Below are positions 1 to 7,993 of a stretch of 64,000 nt of DNA, piece by piece. Both the position numbers and the translations under genes were made by a program. The stretch covers positions 4,064,001 to 4,128,000 of the forward strand of contig OY759316.1 in assembly GCA_963662275.1 (NCBI GenBank). The letters are read 5' to 3'. The first letter of the stretch is position 1; every line of letters starts with the position of its first letter. The notes beneath the pieces are model-generated. The model saw only the letters and a program-made list of their open reading frames with translations. It ran no database searches and was not told the DNA's origin. The stretch is from Candidatus Cloacimonadales bacterium (GTDB lineage: Bacteria; Cloacimonadota; Cloacimonadia; Cloacimonadales; DAONDQ01).

Positions 1-897
1 TGAATACTTAAGTACACAGAGCTTTGGATTGGTAACATCAACGATCTGTAAATTGGCATCCTCATCAGTCAGATAGACTGTATTTCCTTCAAGGTAAAGT
101 GAAAGTGATCTGGCGGGTGTTTTATAAGAACCAAGTAACAGAGGTTTGGATGGATTGTCTAACTGATATGTCTTCATACCCTGATCATAATCAATAACAT
201 AGGCAATTTTACCCGTCACTGCAACAGAGGCTACATTCTTCAAAGAATTATCGGAACTTATCAATTTTGGATGTGAGGAGTCAGTGATGTCAATGATATG
301 AAACCCGGCATCATTAGCTCCCACATATGCATAATTTCCTTCAACTGCGATGGACTGAGCAGAACCCTTTAAAAGTGAAGTATCTTCCGGATCATAATCT
401 TCTCCAAAATCATCGGGTTTCATCCCGTTGGGTAATACACAGGAACCAAGTAATATCGGCTTTACAGGATCAGCAACATTGATGATCTGCAATCCTGCAG
501 AGGCATCTGCAATATAAGCTTTACTACCTACAATTTTAACAGCCCAAGGAAAGTCAGGGGTTTGAACGGAACCTACTAATAAGGGTTTCAACGGATTGGA
601 GACATCGAGGATTGCTAAACCTAGACTATTATCAGTGAAATATACTTTATTGCCAACCGCAGCAACAGATCGTACGTGTTCTGAAGTATCGTAAGAGCTT
701 ATCAGGTGCGGATCCTGGGGTGAACTGATGTCAATGATCTGTATGCCCATTGTATCTGCTGCGACAAATGCCAGGTTTCCTGAAATGGAAACAGAACTGG
801 AAAAACCTGGAGTAAGTACTTCACCTATTTTATAAACTACCGAAAATAGAGACAATGTGCAAAAAAAGAATAAAGTCATTAAGATAACTGATTTCAT
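1..897 (-). CDS. LVIVD-repeat secreted protein (runs off the window; C-terminus missing)
   Basis: Read manually: ATG at 897 with GGAG RBS, MKSVILMTLFFFCTLSLFSVVYKIGEVLTPG, then repeated AYIADxxxGLQIIDVSxPxxP units. Similar to 29452..31617. Confidence 0.85.
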   Translation of the reverse strand, partial: MKSVILMTLFFFCTLSLFSVVYKIGEVLTPGFSSSVSISGNLAFVAADTMGIQIIDISSPQDPHLISSYDTSEHVRSVAAVGNKVYFTDNSLGLAILDVSNPLKPLLVGSVQTPDFPWAVKIVGSKAYIADASAGLQIINVADPVKPILLGSCVLPNGMKPDDFGEDYDPEDTSLLKGSAQSIAVEGNYAYVGANDAGFHIIDITDSSHPKLISSDNSLKNVASVAVTGKIAYVIDYDQGMKTYQLDNPSKPLLLGSYKTPARSLSLYLEGNTVYLTDEDANLQIVDVTNPKLCVLKYS

Positions 898-986
898 GTT
901 CTCTCCTTTAACTTGATACGAATGAATATCTCTAGCCCTTTACAGAAAACAGTATCCATTCTTTTGTGTTATTTACTTTGCAAGAA

Positions 987-1040
987 GGAATACCCGCTGA
1001 AGTGGTTGCTACGGTGTTGCTACGGAATACCCGCTGAAGG
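987..1040. repeat. Short direct repeat (GGAATACCCGCTGAAG x2) around 11-bp units GTTGCTACGG(T/A)
   Basis: Seen directly in the intergenic sequence. Confidence 0.55.
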
Positions 1041-1048
1041 TGATAAGT

Positions 1049-1074
1049 GAGACGCCCTTATAGGTCGTCTCTAC
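1049..1074 (-). repeat. REP-like palindrome GTAGAGACG-acctataaggg-CGTCTC
   Basis: GTAG 5' tetranucleotide plus hairpin; overlaps the TAG stop of the cyclase gene. Related copy at 56500..56528. Confidence 0.6.
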
Positions 1075-4000
1075 TGCCCGTACTTCCGTTCCAAAGAACG
1101 ATATTGCATTGATTTTTCTATCTCTCCCATAGTCTCATAGATATTGGCAATGTATTCATTTGTCCGTAAAGTAGCTGGATGCTTTTCACCAAAGATATCC
1201 TGCCGTATGGAAAGAGCCTGTTTATAATAGGTTAATGCCTGTTCATATTCTCTCTTTTTATCATAAACGCAACCTATATTAATAAGACCGACAGATGTTT
1301 CGGGGGACTTTTCACCCAAGACTTCCCGCCAAATAGAAAGCGCTTGCTCATAATAAGGTAGAGCTTTGTCGAACTCATTTTTATTTTCCCAAACACAACC
1401 AATATTATTCAAACTGGCAGCGGTTTCAGGAAATCTCTCACCCAGTACTTCCTGCCAAATGGATAAAGCTTGTTCATAATATGGTAAAGCTAAGTCGTAC
1501 TCGCCTTTATGATCGTAAACACAACCGATGTTATTGAGTATGGCAGCGGTTTCAGGATGGTTATCTCCAAAGACAACCAACCGGATGAAAAGTGCTTGCT
1601 CATAACAGTTTAATGCCTTATCAAATTCGCCCATATTATCATATACATTCCCGATGTTATTTAAGCTGATAGCTGTTTCCGGATGCCGATGTCCAAGTAT
1701 TTCCCTACGAATTGAGAGAGCCTGCTCATAATAAGAAATTGCCTTTTCAAACTCACCTGTTTCACTGTAAACATCTGCGATACAATTCAGGCTAATGGCA
1801 GTTCCCGGATGCCTACTCCCTAAGACAGCCTGGCGGATTGAAAGTGCTTGTTGGTAATATATTAGAGCTTTATTGTAATCACCTTGATGATCGTAAATAT
1901 CACCAATATTGTTAAAACTGGCAGCGGTATCAGGATGCTGGATTCCAAAGACTTCCTGCCTAATTGTCAGTGCCTGCTGATAATAATTTAAAGCATTGTC
2001 ATATTCACCTTTAGCATCATAAACATTCCCCATATTATTCAGGCTACTTGCTGTATCAGGATGCTGGGAACCTAGGACTTCCCTCCAGATGGATAAAGCT
2101 TGATTATACAATTCTAATGCCTTATCGTATTTCACCATGAGATAATACATCGTGGCAATTGAATTTATACTGTCAGCAGTATTGATATTCAGATTCCCAA
2201 AAGCCTCTTCACGAATCGAAAGTGCCTGTTCAAAATAGGTTAAAGCTGTATCATACTCACCCTTTCCCCAGTAAACCTTACCGATTTTATTAAGACTTAC
2301 AGCAGTATCAGGATGCCGTTTTCCCTGGTGTTTTTGATTCAGAGCTAATACTTTAAGATATTGCTTTAAACTGGCATCGAAATGAAAAAGCTCTTTCTCA
2401 TGATTTCCTGCTTTTGTATAGTATTTTATGGCAGTTAACCAATCGTCAGCATTATCAAAGTGAAAAGCGATTTCCTCATATTTGGCTTTATCTTCAGCAT
2501 AGTGCTGCTCCATGATTTGTCCTGCCAATAAGTGCAATTTCTTCAGTTGCTTTTTAAGCTGCATCGCATAGGCAGCATCGCGCAAAAGACTGTGGCTGAA
2601 AATGTATCTAATTTCATTTACAGAATTCCAGATGTGTTCCTGTTCTCCCGCATGAAGTTGAGATTGAACAATCATATCATTCAAATCTTCGGGTCTATTT
2701 TCCAGAATTTCCAACATACCACATAGAACAATTGATGCAAACTCACAACCTAAAACACTTGCTGTCTGAACAGTACGTTTCAACTCAGCTTCCAAACGAT
2801 CCATACGAACTATCAGCAAAGATTGTACTTCAACCGGTAATTTCTCTGTTTGTTCTTTTAAATGATATAAATCACCCGAAATAATCAAGTGGTTCGATTC
2901 TAAAAGATAAATCGTGAATTGCTCGACAATAAACGGGTTGCCTTGTGAGATTGAAAATGCATATTCAGTCAGCTTTGAATCAACACCATGATGCAGTATC
3001 TCTTTCATAAACAGAGCGATTTGCTGACGATTCAATCCTACCAGATTGATTTCTTCCACTGGAACATCTTTATCCATTTTCAGGATGGTTTTTTTCCCAT
3101 GATCCAGGGGTCTGGCTGTCAGGATGAGTTTAAAAGGAATCGTGGATGCTCTCCTGGTCAAAATAACAATGACCTCCTCCGACTCTGTGTCCAACCATTG
3201 CAGATCTTCAATAACCAGGATTACTGGCTTGAAAAGACAATAAGCTTCCAATAGTGATTTTAAGGCAAATCCGGTAACAGTTGGTCTATATTTTGGTTCC
3301 AGGTTAGCATAGATACTACCTTCCCATTCCAGCCCTATCAGACCTGCTATCACAGATTCGATACGCTCCAATTCCCTGCATATTTGAGAAGAATCGGGGA
3401 CTAATTTGACCTGGTCAGTAAAATCAGCCCAATGTTTTCGGAAATCTTCTCTTCTCGAGATGATACTGCCGGTCAAACTAGTCGTAAATTGCTGTTTAAT
3501 CCAGTATGCAAATGGATTGAGAGAGCTTCGGTAAATAGAATCTGTCTGTAAGTAAAAGCACAATACTTTTTCACCCAGTTTCTGAGCCAGCTCATATACT
3601 AAACGGGATTTCCCCTGTCCTGCTTCTCCATAAATATAGCTGACTCCTGCAAATTTACCCTCTTTTAGAAGCCGGCAGGAAGCTTCTAACTCTACTAATT
3701 CAGCTTCTCTTCCAATGAATCGCCTTTGGTAAGATGAGGGATTTGAATTCTTATGTTTATGCAGTAAACGGAAGGTTGAAACAGGAAGCGGATATCCTTT
3801 AAAGACAAGGTCACCCAGGCTGTGATAAGCCACAGATTTGCCTACCGCAATTTGTATTGGATGATCAAACCAGACATCACCCCATTTTGCTTGAGTCATA
3901 AATCGGGTAGCCAGGTTTACAGCCATACCGAGAGCAGCATACTCACTTCTGTTTTGAGAACCTACAAAACCTGCAAATACCATCCCCCTGGTCATTCCGA

Positions 4001-4919
4001 TTCTAATATTTTTACCGCAGAAAGCTTGAACTTCAAGGGCAAATTCGATTGCTCTCATCGCTGTTTTTTCATATTCAAGCGGTGCTCCAAAAATCACATA
4101 CAATACCCAACCTTTATCAGAATACTCTATATTACTTAAAAAACCACCCAGATTCCTCGCTGTACAGATGATATTCTCGACCTGCTCTTTTTTTGGTTCA
4201 GCGAGATTCACAAAACAAGGTACGACTTCACGAAATTCTCCTTCTGTTGTCATGGAAGTAATCTCATCAGGCATAAATGATTGATAGGATTCTTCACTTT
4301 GAGGAGGAAAAGGTTTTAGTGGAGCTATGATGATTTTATCGATTCGGCAATGTCTATTATCGATATCCACGTAGGAACAAAGAGAAGATCCCATTTCAAG
4401 ACAGAGTTTCTGATCTGCTATCACTTCATTAGATTGGGCAATCTCCTGTGCTCCCACAGCAAGAATAATCCCTTCTCCACTGAACCAAAATGCAGATTGA
4501 ACTTCTGTATTAATTATATTCCATGCGACTTTCCCGAAAGACACTCCGATTCGTAAACCTAGTTCAAATTCTCCGAACTCAGTAGTCTTTTTACCATTCT
4601 GAACAATATAATCCCTCATCTCAAAAGCAGCAGATACTACATTCCTTGCACTTCCACCTGGAAAAACTGCGGTGAAAGCATCACCTGCAAAACCGGTAAT
4701 AAAACCACCCCGGTTTTCCACTGCTGTCAGTGCTGGAGAAAACATTGATTTGATAGTATCGATCAATACTTCAACACCAGAGTAGGAATGACGCATCATC
4801 GCCTCTGTCAAAGCAGTGAAACCTACCAAATCAGCATTCAGAACATAGGCATTAAGTATGCCCTCATACTGTTTTTGGCGGTATTTGGTCATGATGAAAT
4901 CCGGGATCAGTATCCGCAT
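1071..4919 (-). CDS. Tandem class III adenylate/guanylate cyclase - P-loop (STAND/AAA) ATPase - TPR protein
   Basis: ADLVGFT and FAGDA (cyclase 1); DKG, FGAP and GMAVNLATR (cyclase 2); FIGREAEL, GEAGQGKS and VIEDLQW (P-loop); about 9 42-aa HPxTAxSLNNIG TPRs. Start moved to ATG 4919 (GGAGG RBS). Confidence 0.9.
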   Translation of the reverse strand: MRILIPDFIMTKYRQKQYEGILNAYVLNADLVGFTALTEAMMRHSYSGVEVLIDTIKSMFSPALTAVENRGGFITGFAGDAFTAVFPGGSARNVVSAAFEMRDYIVQNGKKTTEFGEFELGLRIGVSFGKVAWNIINTEVQSAFWFSGEGIILAVGAQEIAQSNEVIADQKLCLEMGSSLCSYVDIDNRHCRIDKIIIAPLKPFPPQSEESYQSFMPDEITSMTTEGEFREVVPCFVNLAEPKKEQVENIICTARNLGGFLSNIEYSDKGWVLYVIFGAPLEYEKTAMRAIEFALEVQAFCGKNIRIGMTRGMVFAGFVGSQNRSEYAALGMAVNLATRFMTQAKWGDVWFDHPIQIAVGKSVAYHSLGDLVFKGYPLPVSTFRLLHKHKNSNPSSYQRRFIGREAELVELEASCRLLKEGKFAGVSYIYGEAGQGKSRLVYELAQKLGEKVLCFYLQTDSIYRSSLNPFAYWIKQQFTTSLTGSIISRREDFRKHWADFTDQVKLVPDSSQICRELERIESVIAGLIGLEWEGSIYANLEPKYRPTVTGFALKSLLEAYCLFKPVILVIEDLQWLDTESEEVIVILTRRASTIPFKLILTARPLDHGKKTILKMDKDVPVEEINLVGLNRQQIALFMKEILHHGVDSKLTEYAFSISQGNPFIVEQFTIYLLESNHLIISGDLYHLKEQTEKLPVEVQSLLIVRMDRLEAELKRTVQTASVLGCEFASIVLCGMLEILENRPEDLNDMIVQSQLHAGEQEHIWNSVNEIRYIFSHSLLRDAAYAMQLKKQLKKLHLLAGQIMEQHYAEDKAKYEEIAFHFDNADDWLTAIKYYTKAGNHEKELFHFDASLKQYLKVLALNQKHQGKRHPDTAVSLNKIGKVYWGKGEYDTALTYFEQALSIREEAFGNLNINTADSINSIATMYYLMVKYDKALELYNQALSIWREVLGSQHPDTASSLNNMGNVYDAKGEYDNALNYYQQALTIRQEVFGIQHPDTAASFNNIGDIYDHQGDYNKALIYYQQALSIRQAVLGSRHPGTAISLNCIADVYSETGEFEKAISYYEQALSIRREILGHRHPETAISLNNIGNVYDNMGEFDKALNCYEQALFIRLVVFGDNHPETAAILNNIGCVYDHKGEYDLALPYYEQALSIWQEVLGERFPETAASLNNIGCVWENKNEFDKALPYYEQALSIWREVLGEKSPETSVGLINIGCVYDKKREYEQALTYYKQALSIRQDIFGEKHPATLRTNEYIANIYETMGEIEKSMQYRSLERKYGQ

Positions 4920-5073
4920 CTTGCCTCCCAATTTACACAGCAGAATGGATATCTTGAAAAGATGAGTCAAGGAATATAATCTGGGTGCGGTAACGCATTC
5001 AAATGATTGCTTCGAGAGATTCTTTGTTCTTAAGGATCTGCTGAGTTTCACTGGCAAGATGGCAGTATTTCTA

Positions 5074-5639
5074 GCGCAGCGTCTTTTTTCAAAAGGTGGA
5101 TAGGTCGTATCTTGTACGATGCAAGCTGCTGTAATTCCATGATCTGACGCTTAAAGAAACACCGGGCTGGTTTGGTATTTTGCTTCATTTAAAAAATGAA
5201 CTATCGACCTCACAAGATGAGGCGTTGCGTTTACTTTCTGTTTTTCAAAGTGTAGCGCATTTTATCAAAAGTTAGCTGGCGCAACGCCTTTTTTCAAAAG
5301 GTGGATAGGTCGTATCTTGTACGATGCAAGCTGCTGTATTTCCATGATCTGACGCTTAAAGAAACACCGGGCTGGTTTGGTATTTTGCTTCATTTAAAAA
5401 ATGAACTATCGACCTCACAAGATGAGGCGTTGCGTTTACTTTCTGTTTTTCAAAGTGTAGCGCATTTTATCAAAAGTTAGCTGGCGCAACGCCTTTTTTC
5501 AAAAGGTGGATAGGTCGTATCTTGTACGATGCAAGCTGCTGTATTTCCATGATCTGACGCATAAAGAAACACCGGGCTGGTTTGGTGTCTTGCATCATTT
5601 AAAAAAATGAACTATCCACCTCACAAGATGAGGCGTTGC
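5074..5639. repeat. About 2.75 tandem copies of a 205-bp BIME/REPIN-like unit, each containing an inverted REP pair
   Basis: Units start at 5074, 5279 and 5484 and are nearly identical. Each begins GC(A/G)ACGCC..GGTGGATAG and contains the inverse CTATC(G/C)ACC..GGCGTTGC. Confidence 0.95.
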
Positions 5640-5640
5640 T

Positions 5641-6261
5641 CTAATCTCTGACCCAAGTCCATTGCCATTTTTCAGGTTCATCGACAAGATTGGCTTTTAC
5701 TGGGTTCATAACTATATAATTTATTATGTTCATCAACTCTTTCTCATTTCTGACGCAGTAGTCAAAATATTCCCTTTGCCAGAGTGAACCCTGCCGATTC
5801 AATTGTCTGTTAATTTCGACAGCAGTATTACCCTTGATCTTCTTTATTACATAAGACAATAGATGCGGTTTTCCTGGCTCTCTTTCCAGAATTTTCATCA
5901 AAAGATGAATGTGATTCGGCATGATAGTAAAACATATCATTTCATATAATACATCATTGAACTCGAGAAATGTATCTTTAATACGGGAAGCAGTTTCAGG
6001 ATGTGTCAGATTAATGGGATTTGAGGTATGTTTTGCCAGCATTTGATCATAATAATCGAAAACCTTCTTTTGAACGATATTCTGATAATATGCACCTTGC
6101 GTAATCCTGGAATTAATCTGTCGTTTATATTCATTAAGATCTCCGACAAAACTGACAGGTAATGAATCCCTGATTCGAAATGTGATGAACAAAATGCCGT
6201 TTTCAGGTTGGTAATGCGGCATCCTTCGCCAGTAGAATTGATTGATGTATGACTTATCCAT
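5641..6261 (-). CDS. REP-associated tyrosine transposase (RAYT / TnpA-REP, Y1 HUH family)
   Basis: RRMPHYQ, FITFR, HUH motif MPNHIHLL, LWQREYFD..RNE, YIVMNPVKANLV, WQWTW. Flanked on both sides by cognate REPs. Confidence 0.88.
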   Translation of the reverse strand: MDKSYINQFYWRRMPHYQPENGILFITFRIRDSLPVSFVGDLNEYKRQINSRITQGAYYQNIVQKKVFDYYDQMLAKHTSNPINLTHPETASRIKDTFLEFNDVLYEMICFTIMPNHIHLLMKILEREPGKPHLLSYVIKKIKGNTAVEINRQLNRQGSLWQREYFDYCVRNEKELMNIINYIVMNPVKANLVDEPEKWQWTWVRD

Positions 6262-6316
6262 AGTACCCTCCCATAAAGGTCACTGCTTTATCTTTAAAAG
6301 AACGATGTTACGAATG

Positions 6317-6429
6317 ATTGCATCATTTAAAAAATGAACTATCCACCTTTTAAAAAAAGGCGTTGCTTTCAATTACTGAACTTTCATTAAAAATGAACTA
6401 ACCACCTCACAAGATGAGGCGTTGCCACA
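6317..6429 (-). repeat. Two REP copies upstream of the RAYT
   Basis: CATTTAAAAAATGAACTATCCACC..GGCGTTGC (6317-6367) and CATTAAAAATGAACTAACCACCTCACAAGATGAGGCGTTGCCAC (6382-6429) match the array arms. Confidence 0.85.
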
Positions 6430-6442
6430 AAAAGCGATGCAT

Positions 6443-7984
6443 CTAGTCCCAGAACTTTCTATCCAGTGACCTGTATTGCACTGCTTCACTGATGTGGAAG
6501 GGCAGGATTTCCTTACTTCCTTCCAGATCGGCAATAGTGCGTGCCACTTTCTGGATGCGATCATATACACGAGCGGAAAAGCCCATTGTATCCATAGCAT
6601 TCTTTATGATTTGCTGGCTTTCACTGGTCAGGTGGCAATACTTGCGTATCGCCCTGGAATTCATCTGCGCATTGCAATAGATCTTATCCTGGGCAAATCT
6701 CTCCAACTGTATCTTGCGGGAGGCATTCACCCGCTGGCGTATTAAACTAGAAGTCTCTCCTGTGGGCTGAGAACTCAATTCCTGGAAGAGAACCGCCGGT
6801 ACTTCAATATGGATATCGATTCTATCTAAAAGCGGTCCAGAGACACGGGAACGGTAGCGTTGGATGATTTGTGGTGCACAGGAGCAGCTATGCCCCGGGA
6901 TGTGGTTACCATAATACCCGCACGGACAGGGATTCATGGAGGCAATAAGAATGAACTCAGCGGGAAAGATCAGGCTCTGTTGCGCCCTGGAAATAGTCAC
7001 TATTCCATCTTCCAAAGGCTGTCTTAAAACTTCCAGCACATTCTTCTTGAATTCAGGCAATTCATCGAGGAAAAGAACTCCGTGATGCGAGAGCGAAACC
7101 TCTCCCGGCTTGGGATACGCTCCGCCGCCAATTAACGCAACGTCCGAGATCGTATGGTGGGGTGCCCGGAATGGACGATAGGTGACGATACCATTTCTCA
7201 GGTTCATGGATAAACCTGCAACAGAATGGATTTTGGTAGTCTCTAGAGCTTCCTCTAGTGTCATATCGGGAAGAATCGTTGGTATCCTTCTTGCCAGCAT
7301 CGTTTTCCCTGAGCCGGGAGGTCCAAGCATCAGGAGGTTATGACCACCGGCAGCAGCGACTTCCAAAGCACGCTTCACCTGGTACTGGCCTTTCACATCG
7401 AACATATCGACAGGAGCTTCATTCATTATAGAAAATATCTTGGTTTTATCCACCACCACAGGTTCTATTTCAATACGTTCTTCCAGAAAATTGACGGCTT
7501 CATTCAATGTAGCGACCGGATAGACATTCAAGCCATCAATGATACCTGCTTCCTCAGCATTTTCATAAGGCAGAATTAGCCCATCGATTTTATCCCGCTG
7601 TGCTTGAATGGCAATAGGCAATACACCTTTCACAGGACGGATAGAGCCATCCAAGGCAAGTTCACCGATCATGGCATAGCGCCCCAGGTTCTTGGATGAC
7701 ATATTGCTGGTCGATACCAGTAACGATAGTGCAATTGGCAAATCCAAAGAAGCACCTTCCTTCTTGATATCTGCCGGTGCAAGATTGACAGTATAAGAAG
7801 CAACCATGAAACGAAATCCGGAGTTCCTAATTGCACTCGTAACTCTTTCCTTGCTCTCTTTGACTGTATTTGAAGGAAGACCAACAATCGCAAAAGGTTG
7901 TGTACCACCCCTCATATCAGTTTCCACTGAAATCTTGATCGCATCGATGCCGATTGTGGCATAAGAATTTGTCTGTCCTAACAC
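6443..7984 (-). CDS. comM: YifB/ComM family Mg-chelatase-like AAA ATPase
   Basis: VGLP..VKESKERV, NLAPAD, GPPGSGKTM, FRAPHHTIS, NPCPCGY, SGPLLDRID. Confidence 0.9.
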   Translation of the reverse strand: MLGQTNSYATIGIDAIKISVETDMRGGTQPFAIVGLPSNTVKESKERVTSAIRNSGFRFMVASYTVNLAPADIKKEGASLDLPIALSLLVSTSNMSSKNLGRYAMIGELALDGSIRPVKGVLPIAIQAQRDKIDGLILPYENAEEAGIIDGLNVYPVATLNEAVNFLEERIEIEPVVVDKTKIFSIMNEAPVDMFDVKGQYQVKRALEVAAAGGHNLLMLGPPGSGKTMLARRIPTILPDMTLEEALETTKIHSVAGLSMNLRNGIVTYRPFRAPHHTISDVALIGGGAYPKPGEVSLSHHGVLFLDELPEFKKNVLEVLRQPLEDGIVTISRAQQSLIFPAEFILIASMNPCPCGYYGNHIPGHSCSCAPQIIQRYRSRVSGPLLDRIDIHIEVPAVLFQELSSQPTGETSSLIRQRVNASRKIQLERFAQDKIYCNAQMNSRAIRKYCHLTSESQQIIKNAMDTMGFSARVYDRIQKVARTIADLEGSKEILPFHISEAVQYRSLDRKFWD

Positions 7985-7993
7985 TGTTCCTCC

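Noticed and set aside
1200..2350. 126-bp nucleotide periodicity as a DNA repeat or DGR target
   Set aside because: Explained by 42-aa TPR units; no reverse transcriptase or template/variable repeat pair seen.
4920..5057. 46-aa N-terminal extension of the cyclase ORF
   Set aside because: A better start with a GGAGG RBS lies at 4919.
5074..5639. CRISPR array
   Set aside because: The intervening sequences are identical rather than unique spacers, the period is 205 bp and no cas genes are present.
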